Source: Asterionella formosa
Lineage: Eukaryota
Reading direction: 5' to 3'
Assembly (NCBI GenBank): GCA_002256025.1
Contig: NKIB01004673.1
Location: 62,001 to 126,000 of the forward strand
Length of the DNA stretch: 64,000 nt
Each line of letters opens with the position of its first letter. Within the stretch, counting starts at the first letter, position 1. Shown piece after piece: positions 47,872-60,300 of this stretch. Position numbers and translations under genes: made by a program. A model generated the notes under the pieces. That model was not told the DNA's origin. It did no database searches and saw nothing but the letters and a program-made list of their open reading frames with translations.

Positions 47872-49312
47872 GTCTCGTCCTTCTTGAAAGATGCAGACTT
47901 GTGGCTGCCTTTTCGCGATGCTCCGAAAGACTGTAAAGCACGTAAAGAGTGGTTCGAATGGGTATGCTACGCAGATATACCCACTGCAAGAAAATGGTGA
48001 ATTATGAACAGGCAATAAGTATGAATAGAAGTTCATAAGCAGGAAAGTCGTGCAGCAATTCTTGTCGGGAACACCATCAGTACCGGAAATACAATGTCCC
48101 ACCCAAAGCGCCAGAACCCCAGTATTAAGTTTACCTGGGACACTACACCATGCAACGAATACCGGCGTGTACAGAACAATGAGAATGCTTAATTAATTCA
48201 GTGCATACATAGTGGATATCATTTATAGTTTGTAGTTTACATACATTGTATACCGGTAGCCTAGTCAATTATCCCCTTTAGATTGGTACCAGGTACCAGG
48301 GGGTGAGGACCGGCACATCAAGTGTATGTAAACGTTCGTAGTCCTTATACTTTGTCTTTTAACAAAGGGTCTTGTGGCTGACAAATTCACAGCTACATAT
48401 ACGCAAGCATTGATGTGGTTGGTGATAGTTTGCTCTGCTGAGGGGGAGAGTTGAAACAGATTAGTCAAATGAATCTGTTTTTATTTTCAAAATCAGTCCA
48501 GTCATGATCTTTTGATTCTATGGCTGGATGCATCATGAAACTACATTGGGTACCGTAGCCATGGTAGCTACCAATACAACATAATTCTAGCTTACGTAAA
48601 ATGTTCTATATAAATAACATACATATGGATAAATTTTATGTACACACGCATCCGCGATCTTGTTGTTGTCATCATTGCATTCATTCATGATGAACACGAA
48701 ATATAAGTCCATTGTGCAGCGATGGGTGTGAAATCGTTGTTGTATCTTCATTGCAACTACTATATGAACTTATTTGAGACATTCCTCTACAGTTTCAACT
48801 CCAGCTTGCCCAGTATCAAGCTCAAGAGTGTGAAACCATTGGCAATGTAGGCTTGGATCTCCATGCCCAACACAAAATAGTTCATATATAAAGCAAGTTG
48901 TGTCCTGCAACAGAATAATAACAACTTGGTGGATGTGATTATAACATGCCAATCCAGGCGCAATATATTACGTACCATAGGTTTAGGGTTTATGCTAATA
49001 CTAGGCCTACAAGGGCCTACCCGGTGGCCCCAAAAATTGCATCCAGCCATAGTTGTGAACATGATGATGCAATCTTAAGGTTCCTGCATTTGAACCCCTA
49101 GCTCGAGGTAGGGTTAAAAAACATATTAAGTCAGAGTAGTCAAACATAAACTTCATACAACTAAAAATAAATGTATATCACTAAACAGAGCTTTCACCAA
49201 TATACTCACTAAACAGAGCTTTCACCAATATACACACTTTCCATATGCTTAGAAACAGTCATTGATCAAAGTAGGGGTATAGGTCAATGATTTATATTGT
49301 CAGGATATAGGA

Positions 49313-49413
49313 TTTGGCGAGAAAGTGCAGAAGGGAACTTCGGTTTTTTAACTATGCTGAAAATAGTGGATTTTACCTGGCCAACTAGTTCCTTTCTGCA
49401 TTTTCTCGCCAAA
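49313..49413. repeat. 27-bp inverted repeat with a 47-bp spacer
   Basis: TTTGGCGAGAAAGTGCAGAAGGGAACT ... AGTTCCTTTCTGCATTTTCTCGCCAAA, 2 mismatches. Confidence 0.85.
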
Positions 49414-50484
49414 AGTTAACTTCTGGGGCTATATGAAGATTACCTAGTATGTACTTCACTCTTCTTGAAACCCTCCCAACGTTGAGCTATTGTCATCCCA
49501 AAATTCGACAATATCGGCCTTTTCAATGGTCACCAGAATGTCGGAATCAGAATCACTAATCGCCAAAACGTCAACATCGGAATGGTAATCTTGTGCGAAA
49601 ATTTAAAGTCCTAAAATCTCCTCTACAAAAAGTTCCATTGTCATTGCCCAATGTATTATTCATATTCTGATTGCTTTTACTTACATCCGTTTGATTGGCA
49701 CGGCTTGCAAGGTCTTACAATTCCACGCCGGCCACACTTGATGCACATGCAACATTTTTTGGGGTGTTGGCCGACTGGTCATAGTACCAGGGTTGTGCAC
49801 GCATACCAGTACATTACTAGGAAACATATCGTATGAATCAATCTTTGTGTCTTGTCGTGAACATGACTTGATTTGCTCATTTATTACTTAATTTTTTTTT
49901 GCTAAAAGATAATTCTATAAGCTCACTTTATTTGGAAATACCAATAGAGTCAAATCTTTCTACCAACAGTCTCCTAAATTCACTGTTATCCTTCAATCCG
50001 CTGCCTACTAGTATATTTACTATTTTTCAATAAGTTGAACTTCTTTCAGGTTAATCTATGACTTCTCTTTCAAGAAATATGATTCAAAGTAAAAGCATAT
50101 GAAGTATAGTACCAGTATACTATTGGTACCAGGGCACATTGAAAGTGAAGCAGGAGGTGAACCCAGTATACCTACCAGTATTTATGCAGTAGTTCAAGTA
50201 GATTTTTTGTCGAACACTACGTAGATTGTGGTCACCATGTTGCAGTGAAAACTTCTCATTTGCCAATTGAGAAAGTGAAAAAATTAGCTGCTTGAAGATT
50301 GTCTCACATATTGTAAGAGTCATGCCAAAGAATACATGAATTGTTTGAATCGAGTTATTACAGCATGATAATGTACAGGGAGCATATGACCTCCCTTCAT
50401 GAGGTATGGCCTTGGATCATCCAGCCATAAATTGAAATCCCAATTTGAGTGCAACACCAAATTTTTTTCACAATAACCTACTTT

Positions 50485-51942
50485 CTACTTTGCAGAAGTG
50501 CTGTCTGTATTGTTGTGCATTTGTTGTAATGCCAACTTTAATGTCATTCTCAGTGCCTTGTCTCGCTTCACGGATGCCCCACAAAAATCTATGAATATGC
50601 TTGCAACAAAAACTTGGTAGGCCAGGCATTGGAAGAAAATAAAATTCGCATTTCCTGATCCAGTCTCAAGCCACATCCAACAGTCAAGCAGGTAAAGCAG
50701 CATGGGAACAGGCAAGGCGCAAAGGGAAACAACACTCGGCAGTGATGTGCGTGCAAGGGAGCGAGGTGAGAGCGTCATGAGGGCTAGGGCTATGGTAAAG
50801 TCTTGTGTCGTTGGGTGGCTATGAAAGCTTGTGAACACACACCAGTAGCATGTTGCCTGATGATGATAGACGGAAGATGCTGAGTGAGTATTAAGCCCTT
50901 CAGGTAGTATTTAACACATTACAGAATTCCTTACCAGCACAAGTGGATATCGGTACAATCTGATTGCCAATGGTATCACCAATAGATATGGCAAACCAAA
51001 AAACATGATTTGGAAATAGGGCCGAAAGCGTGGAAAAACTTGCATGGCGAAGTACCACAAGGGTCCCAAGTTCGGATGAGAGTAACTGGGTAGCTCAATG
51101 TTGAATGTCAAGGTTCCCACCAAGAGAAAGGAAAGCATGTGCAGTAAAATAAAGTATCCAGTCACACAAAGTGCATAATATTTAGATTCATTCATCAATA
51201 GGTAGCATGGGATGACCATGACAATGACAAATGGTTCGATGTAAGCAGTGCTAGCCAAAACAATTGCAGCCCATGACATGTTTCCCTTGGGTCTTGAGCA
51301 TTCGTAACAGCTCCAAATGGCTCCAAGATAAACAAGTGACTGAAATGATAGCTGCGTTCCACTTAGAATCGTGAGCGGACTGCAAAAGTATACGAATGCA
51401 CCTAATGTAGGAAATTGAGTGCGCGATATGGCCGCTGTGGTGTGTTCTTTCCATGAAACGTCAAAGATGGCAGCTCGATTCGGTCGAATTGGTAGGGGTG
51501 TATTGTTCTGAATGATTTCTTCTCGGTCCATGTGTTCAAGTTGCAGTAGATACATGCCAAGCTGTTCAGTGAACCATGCGATGAGAAAGTCCACCACAAG
51601 GAGAGTGATTGCCAGTATGATGGATGTAAATGAAACAGTTAATTGTTTTCCTAGCTGCGCGATAAATGGAACTATAAATTGATAAAGTATCGGTTTCCTC
51701 TTGAACTCTTCTGGAATAGTCTCCAATAGCGAGTATTGTGCTTGCAACTCTTGCCAATAGTCCAACGTTGAAGTGGGTCGCACCAGAATTGATTGGAGGG
51801 CTGGGTTGAATAGAACATTCTCTATCCGCGGTTCATTCCATTCGACACGACTGAACAAGAGAGCTAACCGAATCAAAGCTACCAGAATGGTCCATTTCGA
51901 CGACAAGAATGAAACGGGAGGGGACGCATCAGGCGCTGGCAT
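50485..51942 (-). CDS. PIGU: GPI transamidase subunit PIG-U; 2 exons
   Basis: Polytopic membrane protein with PNLGPLWYFAMQVFPRFRPYF and GSGNANFIFFQ motifs. Intron ~50934-50857. Confidence 0.88.
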
Positions 51943-52011
51943 CTTGCATCAACAATCATTGTCAAAATAGCACTTTCGACTTTTGATGGTTCCTCGTACG
52001 GAGTACCGGTA

Positions 52012-52211
52012 CCTGCAGGTTGTGGTCATTTTGCTTAAATAAAAAATTTAATATGGGATAAAGAAAGATACATATTTAGCTTCAGCACAATTATCGGTAC
52101 CGGTACCTGGTAGTACCAGCAAGTTGCGGTCATTTTGCTTAAATAAATATTTTAATCTGGGATAAAGATAGCTAAATCTTTAGTTTTAGCAAAATTACCG
52201 CAACTTGCAGG
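52012..52211. mobile_element. TA-flanked MITE (52116-52211) with a tandem truncated copy (52012-52095)
   Basis: TA|CCAGCAAGTTGCGGTCATTTTGCT ... AGCAAAATTACCGCAACTTGCAGG|TA, i.e. 24-bp TIRs with 2 mismatches. The upstream copy starts TA|CCTGCAGGTTGTGGTCATTTTGCT. Confidence 0.82.
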
Positions 52212-52287
52212 TATCTCGTTCATCATCGGTACAAATACATGATACCTGTATGTGTGTACCGGTAGTCTAGTCAATTGATTCGCAACG

Positions 52288-52823
52288 ATGAGCAAACAAC
52301 GCTCCAACAATGAGCCTCTGGCTATCTTCACGCGTCAAGCCAACATTCTGCGCAAGAATCTAAGTGAATGGGATCGAATGCTGAGAACGCCACGAGGAGA
52401 AGAGTGGCCGACCATGGTGGGGCGCCTTAATGCATCGTCGGTGCGTACAGTACCTGCTAATGTGCAATCAGTAGACTAATACTGTTCTATCTACCAAGAA
52501 CATTACGCTCACATGCTGTCCTCCTATACTGTATATTATGTGTACCTGCGTTCTTGCAGAACCAAATTGCAAATTTGGACAAGAGCATTGATGACGTTCT
52601 TGAACACTTTGTGTATTTGCCCAAACAATCCACTGCCAATCCACAGGACATCCCGTTTTTCCTCTCGACGCGACTTGAGGATGCCACCACAGCTACAGAG
52701 GACACAGCTTATGATAAGGACGCATCTCTAGCCATTGCTGATCCTGTGCAAGTTCTGAACAAGTACGAGAATAGGGCCATACAATTGGCTGAAGAGTATG
52801 CTGAGAATATGATTCGATTCTAA
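52288..52823 (+). CDS. MED8: Mediator subunit 8-like protein; 2 exons
   Basis: EEWPTMVGRLNASS, an intron (~52441-52559), then NQIANLDKSIDDVLEHFVYLPK..IPFFLSTRL, resembling the Med8 N-terminal domain. Confidence 0.6.
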
Positions 52824-52865
52824 TTAAGATCGTTCGTGTGGTGCATTCAACAATATCACTTTAGT

Positions 52866-54891
52866 TTAAAGGGACGGCAACAAATTTCTCGACACCAACT
52901 GCGACATGACTCGTGCCTCTTCATCGCCCTTCTTCTTGAACAATTCTTCACTCATGCTCCACACATGGACTACCGATCCGCTACTAATGACCAATCGACG
53001 GCCGTCCTTGCTCCACTTCAAGGATGTTATCCCATGTTCAGCGGAGACGACAATCGATCCAATCGGTTCTTCCAACGAAATGGCCAAGTTCCAAAGACCA
53101 ACACTTCCATTAGAGGAAGCAGTGGCGAAAAGGGATTGGTGTGCGGGATTCCTAAATTTGGAGAGTGAATAGTGTAAGTACAACTGAGCAGGTTGCATGA
53201 AACGATGTAAATAGTAAATGCTCCGACAGAAAACATACCATTGAACGTCTGACATGTAATCGTAGGAATGACTGACCAGACTCAGTAAAGGAGTATCTTT
53301 ATAGGCTGGTGCCCACAATTTTACCGTCCAGTCCACTCCACACGTCAAGACCAATCCACCAACCCCGCGCAAAAAGCCCTTGGCCAGTCCTGCTCGTCCG
53401 TCCTTGGGACTCATGGTCGAAATGCTAGTCACCATTCCAAAGTGTGACTCTTTCAATGACCTGATTTGTCGCTTGCGGGGACCGCCTGCGGCAGCTGGAG
53501 GAACAATAAAAAGCCCTCCCGCTTCGTCTCCACACAACAGAGTGGAAGACTCGGGAGCAACTGCCAAACTGGAGAGGTTGCCGTCGACTGTTATAGACTC
53601 AGCGGGATCTCGAAGATTTCCCAAGGACCAAAAATTGATTTTGCCGTCGGTTCCCGTTGTGACTAACCCGGACTGTAGGGGGAAGGGATTAAAATAAAAG
53701 GGTGAATTAAGTTGTAAATATTGGAAAGCAGCACTCACTCAACCACTAAAAGCTTACTCCTCCTTCAATAAACTCCATCCCAGAAATAGGATGTGCGTGA
53801 CCTTGACCTGATCGCTGCACTGGCAATCGTCCCGCTCGAATGTCCCAAATGACAAGTTGGCCTGATTGGCATCCACCAATGACCAACGGCGCTTCTGTGG
53901 GATGGAACCGAGCCTTCAGCACAGGACTTCCACAAGCAAAAATGTGTTCTGGCCTACTCGGCATCGCCAAGGACCATACTAATACAAGACCGTCGGATTG
54001 CAGCTCTCCACTTCGGGGCACCATAGATGCAGAGGGTGTGTCATCGGGTGAGACTGCAGACAAGGCAGCGGAACCAAAAGTAGACCCAGAGGATGATGGC
54101 ATGTGATAAGACGAAAGCATAAGCTCACGGTGCAAAGGAGACCAATCCATATCAGTGACATCGCGAAATGCAGTCCATTTGGGACAGTCAAAGATTTCTT
54201 GCGCAGAGACGAATCTGGATCCGTCAGATTCTGCTTCAACGCCAGATTCCAATCCATCGTTCTCGCCGACGAAATTGACAAGCAAATCAGCCAAAACAGG
54301 TGCTCCAAGCACGCGTTCAACCTTTTTGGAAGCTGTATTGAGAAAGGATGAGAAAAGAAGGGATGTGACAGCTTCTTCGCGCTCTTCCTGGGTCAAGACT
54401 TTGGGTGCAACCAGTTGCTCTTCCGTCAGAAGTGCGTCATTGTCTTCCGTGCTTTCTTCAATTGGTGTAATTACTTGAGCTTCTCCTTCCTCATGTTCGC
54501 CTTCGGGAAAGTCTTCTTGAGATGTCTGAGTTCCCGCTTCAAATGTAACAACCTGCCTGCCTGGCGGACCTTCCTTAGCCGGCGCAGCAACTGCAATAAC
54601 ATCACCATTGTCAAGGTCAGTGTTTGGTGCCGCCTCTGATGGAGCTGTTAGCGTTGGTGTGTTTGCTTCTGAAGCTGTATCTTGAGGAGGCGATTCTGCT
54701 TGGCCATTAGTAACAGCAGCGGGGGCACTGAGTAGTCCGTCAATGTATTCATCGAGATTGGACGAGGCAGCCGTGCGAGCGGCCGTCGTCGAAGCATCAC
54801 CTCGTTGGTCTCGTCTAGCTCGCATTTCCACTAGTTTTCGCCTCTTTTCTTCTAGCGCTGACGCTCGGGCAGTTCGAGATTCGTCCGCCAT
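52866..54891 (-). CDS. Cytoplasmic dynein intermediate chain (WD40); 3 exons
   Basis: N-terminal ALEEKRRKLVEMR coil, EAGTQT light-chain-binding-like motif, FLNTASKKVERVL, VTDMDWSP, DGLVLVWSL, DWTVKLW and YDYMSDVQW..P. Confidence 0.9.
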
Positions 54892-56142
54892 GATGAACGA
54901 TGGATCGGACGAGTAATAAAAATAGGAGGAGCCACAATGACGGAAGTTATCGAAATGCCATCGTCGCCATTATTTATACCGAGAGGTTCAGGCTTACTTA
55001 TTACTATACGGGTACAGCACGCATCCTACAATCCTTGCCCTGATAATTCGTTGGTCTGCATAAGGGTTCTAGTTAGGGTTAATCGAAGCGTCTTCTTGCC
55101 TACATTCCTGTGTAAACGCAACAGGTACAAGCAACAGGAGGAAAACCGTACCAGGTACACAGGAGCCGAAAAGTACCCAATTTGGACTCAAAATTGGGAT
55201 TTTGAGTGTTTTTCGGGGGGTTTTCAATGTCCGAAATCCAAATTGGGATTTTTGCCGAATCGGTATTTTTGATAGCAATTTATGGTTAACCTTAATGGAG
55301 ATTTTTATTTAACTTTGCAGAAATACCAAATTGTTATCATTTGCTATCGATTTGGATCCGAATTGGTATGGCATAAACAATGTCGGTTTTGATGTCAGCC
55401 ATGAAGGGGCTGACCTGATGGTGTGAGATACCGATAGGCAGACAAGGCGTGAGATATCGATAGGCAGACAAGGCTCAGCTGTTGGTTAGTTGCATCGATT
55501 TGCTGGCATCACTACCAGTAGTGTCTTTACTGATCGCATATTAAGGAATACATATCAAACATACTATCTTTCTACATGAGGGTTGGCATACTCGAAAAAA
55601 TGCGTTTTTTACTAGTTACATACTAGACGTGAACATATACTGCCTCTTTTTCTGGAATTAAATAATTAGCTAGTATCTAAATATATTAATCGAAACAAAT
55701 TTAAAATATATTCATACATTGGGTACATACATGATTAAGTAAATTTTATAGTATGCTATTGTTAAAGAACTCGACAATTGTGGAGGTTGTGAAGTCGCAC
55801 TTGGCCCCCCAGAGGGCCTTAGACCTGGTTGTTGTCTGCCTCACCACCCGGAAGCCAAGGGACTACATAAACAAAGCAGGTGGACAATGCGGGAATCGAA
55901 GGTGCAGAGTTGGATATCTTTCCAGTAGAATCGCGCATGACAAAGCCGAGGAGGCAGCACAGTACTATGTTAATTGTACTGCTGTAGTTATTGAATTGCT
56001 AAAAGACTCTAAGGAGCAAACAAAAAGAAGAATGAATATGCGAGCTTATGGAGTTGCTCTTTATAAATTTCTCGATGTTAGGGTCAAATTCGAAGATGGT
56101 GTTAAAGAGGAAATGAGGATCACTTAGATAACAGCAATTCTA

Positions 56143-56509
56143 AAAGTTAGTATGTTTTATAGCCCATTCGTACTCCCCTCTTTCAAGGCAAATATTTCAT
56201 TGTGCTACCTGCTGACAAGACCTGTGCTTCCCTAGTTTTGTTAGCATAGTTGAGTCCTCAACCACCTTTCGCGAAAGGTGCTCGTCTTAGCCGCAGCGTT
56301 AGGGGAAACTCCGACCGCCTAAGAAGGCGGCACAAGCTGCTTGTAGGGGGGCAACCCACTATTTCTTGCACACCAGCCAAGACCGTGCGGGACGGTAAGG
56401 AGTGCTGTGGGAGTCAAACCCAACAATTGCTTCTCAAAAAAATTGCGGGAATCGAACCTCACAACCTCAGATAAAAGCCGACGTGCTTAACTACTAAGCC
56501 ATTCCCTAC
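56143..56509 (-). mobile_element. tRNA-derived SINE copy 3
   Basis: Head GGGAATGGCTTAGTAGTTAAGCACGTCGGCTTTTATCTGAGGTTGTGAGGTTCGATTCCC (A and B boxes). 18-bp TSD TAGATAA(C/T)AGCAATTCTA at 56125-56142 and 56510-56527. Confidence 0.9.
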
Positions 56510-56749
56510 TAGATAATAGCAATTCTACTTCTGTCTAGATAAAATATTTTTGAATAACCTTTAACAACCAGATCTAGTAGTATATACATAATTTGAAAAA
56601 GGGGGAATGTCTTTGATCCAATGTAGCTAAAATGGCGCCAGAGACGAAAAGACTTTTATCATCAAAGAAGGACACAATAATATTAAAACCGATCATATAG
56701 GAATTTGTGGGCCAACTCAATTGCTCCTTACCCAGCTGCTAAGAACCCA

Positions 56750-57345
56750 TCAGGTAAAATCCCCGCCCATTCCAGAGCCGCCTTGTTACCAATGTGAGGT
56801 ATATCACAATTCTTGTCGCCATTAACGAAAATGATCGCCTCCAAGCAACTCTGTAATGTCAAGAAAGAACAATTTCATTTGGTTGGTACAATCAAAACGA
56901 CTGCTGCCTGCACTGCCTCTATCAAACCATCAACATCATTGTTGTTGGCTTCTTACACAGCCAGCGTCCCAGTGACCTGACTGTAATTCCCTAAAAAAGA
57001 TAGATCGTTAATATTTAAATCAGGACTGTTCGCTGGTTGCTTAGTAAATGGAAAATCCCATTCTTTATCTATTAGCGCTGCTACAAAGGGAGTAAAATCG
57101 GAACCAAAATTGTCAAAACATTTTCGTGCTGTAGATATACTTGTTTGTTTCCATCAGGCCATCACTTCGTTTGATCATAGGAAAAATATTATAAAGAATC
57201 CTGTCAGCATATGACTGCCTGTTTTGTCACTGGGAGTGACTTTGTTTTCATTGTCCCTGCTGGTCGATAAATTGAACATCTGTGCACTTCTACTTGGTGC
57301 ACAAATGGACAAATTCCAATTTTACCATCAAACATACATCTGCAA
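56750..57345 (-). mobile_element. Decayed DD39D (plant-mariner-type) transposase
   Basis: Manual translation gives FDGKIGICPFV..RPAGTMKTK, KQPANSPDLNINDLSF, DGLIEAVQAA and FLTLQSCLEAIIFVNGDKNCDIPHIG. Frameshifts and stops present. Confidence 0.85.
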
Positions 57346-60300
57346 ATAAAAAGTTTCATGCATTTATGACCAAGGGTATCTTACGCTAAGTGGCACAGGA
57401 TTTTCAAATATATGACAGTTTTTGGATCAAAACTATGATCAATTTATCCTACAACTATGATGATTTATTAATATTTTACTGAACTTGAAGTATGATGATC
57501 ATAAGATCAGTATAATCATAAAATGTATATCAACTGATCCACATCATTTCTTATTAATATCATAAACCTTCTCATTTTATTTTCACTTCTCGTGATTGCC
57601 AAATATAAATGTTACTACAATGCATCCTCAAATTAGATAAACTCTATGCTAGTATCATATGAATTGTTTCATCGCATATCTACCTTTAACATGATCATAA
57701 TTCTAATCACAAGCATTATTCATAATAGATTGAAATGGATCGTAATTTAAGTATCAAATTTAGCAATGCTATCTATGATTCTACAGCTACCTAATGTTTC
57801 TCTCTCCACACTTCTCAATGTATGTTGTTCCTGTCTTGCCCATTTCTTCCTCTATTCTGAAGCTTGTGTCATACAGTGCTTAATGTCTTGTCTCTCTCCC
57901 TGCTGTTAGTGACCCTCTGAACTTGCCGACTATTCTGTTGTTTGATTGGTTTTATTGTCCTATAGGTATGCAGTTCCTACAGTAGTAATAATGAGAAGGA
58001 ATGATTTGTTAGCTAGTGATGTTACACTGGCACACCACCACAAAATTCCATTCAATCCTCTTGCTTCACTTATCACAAATCAAAGCAACGGATGCATATG
58101 TCTGTAATATAAAATTTTCAGTCACTTCTTTAATTATTAAATATCAGGTAGTATCCAATGTTGTCGAATAAAACTTACCGATTCATTTTCGTTAGTTTAA
58201 GTTTGAAAGAAGGAAAAAGTGTCCATCAGTTATGATGTTCCAACAGAAGTGAATAGATCCAACGACAAGAGCACTTACCAATATTGTTTTGTTTTACATT
58301 GGTGCTCCCTAACAAGCGAAATGAGCTATTGAATCAACTGAGAAAAAGGAAATGTGCGTTTAGTTTACAATTTGTTGTTTTCCTCCTCCCAACGATTGTC
58401 ATCTAAGTTCCACCACATTATGGCTTCATTACCTTAGACATAGCTACTCCATCCTTCGAAGGCGCAATGTGTCGAAGCCACAATGTTTTTCGTTATTGCG
58501 TAAACTTTCCTTGTCATATACTTTACTACGATATTTCTTTTCACGAAGCAGGCATGGATTATCAACATGTCAGAATAATTTCAAATATATTTGCCATGTA
58601 TATTATAGTTTCAACATCGCAACATTGAACTTTCCTGGTTACAATCTTGACTTTCCTCTATTTTTCGCTGCTGCTGACACCCTCCTCAGTCACCACGTCC
58701 TCTTTGGACACTGCCGCTTCTTTCGCTTACCCCTCCTCCACTCTTTTTCATGCTCAACATTCACTGTTAGACCTGCTGGTCACTCCACAGCAAAAATCAG
58801 TCAAATTCACCTGTTCCTTCCTAAGGAAACGACTTTCGCCTACTTTGCGCGGCTCTGACAGTACATTTGTCAGACGAGTCTACGGACTAACCTACACGCT
58901 GCTTCTGATCCTCCTCCTGTGCTCCAAGCCTGTTTCGGACACCTTTGCTGCCGCTCTTCCACTTCATTTCCCTCCACCACCAGTGTCTCATCCCCGCGCT
59001 GCCCTTAAAAATTCAAAGAAAAGCTACGGAATCATCCAGAACCCCTCTCTCTACACTTCAAAAGAAACCCAAACCCGCAGAACCATTGGTTGGCGCATAT
59101 TTCATGCACCATTCTCCAATCCCCGCATTTACCACCAGGCTCACTTCTCCTTCCCCTCGAATGACCCCTGCTTCTCCTGAATATCATGTCCTGATCATTT
59201 TATGGTCCGCACAGCTATTCGAAAAGAGGCATCTACCGCAGCCAGCCCCAATCCCTCCATTTTTCCGGCCACCAAAAAAGGCACCCTACCTGCTACATCT
59301 GACAAAGTCTCCTCCCCCTATCAAGACCACCCCCAAACCCAAGAACACAGCGCCTAATGAGACCACTCTTACAACTCTGTAAGGCTCCATTTCAGCCTAG
59401 CATTCAATTATTTGATTCCTATTCAGCAAACAATTCCTCTGCCCAAGATTGCGGATCCAGTTCACTCCTATATCACTGCATTATTCTTTCATTCCAGGCC
59501 TCCTTTCTACAATATTTTTATTCCACGTCTTTGCGCCAGTGTTTATCCCATTCATTTGAATAGCACCAGCTAACTGAATACTTTGCCTTCACCATCTGAA
59601 CTTTTCTAGCTGCCACTTCTTAATGTCCATATTCTTACTCCTAGCATCCAAGATAATCTCACATCTCTCTCTCTGCCTTCTGAGACCATTTGTCATGACC
59701 ATTTGTTTCTCTATATAAATTTATCAAGTGTTGTACATTTATATAATTCGAAGGCACTTTCAATATGGCTATTACCCAGGATCATCTTTGCATATACATA
59801 ATTCGGCATGCATAATGTGTTCCCTGTCGAAAATGTAAGTACATCTGATGCATTATGCATCCGATTTCTTGACAAAATATACAGTAGTACAAATGTATTT
59901 TTATTTTTCGATTTTCAATATACCAATTAAAAAGAGTCATTGAAAATTTAATTGGGGAAAGTTTCTATCATTAATAGAAATTAATAATGATTTGCTACAA
60001 ATTTAGTCAAAAGAAAGTAATCCCGAATTCCCCCGACTAACTCATTATGCATTTTCGACACTTTTATGCAAAAAGTGTAATCGACCGTAGCAACTCTTCA
60101 TTTTAAGATCATCGAACTTTTGAAAACGACAACAGCAGTGCAATGTCTTAAAAAAAACCATTAAGAGGTTCATGGAAACAAGTGACATGTGGCAAATACT
60201 GCGGGTATGGAACAAAGAAGCAAGTACCAAAATGAGTTATCAAAGAAAAAGCGAATTGGTGACTTTTCAAATGAACCCAATCAGCGACAGGGAGTTAGTG

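Noticed and set aside
55422..55474. 26-bp tandem duplication GTGAGATA(C/T)CGATAGGCAGACAAGGC
   Set aside because: Real but only two copies, with no further structure to interpret.
56440..56509. Functional tRNA-Lys gene
   Set aside because: No convincing acceptor stem or full cloverleaf. It is the head of a TSD-flanked repeat with diverged copies.
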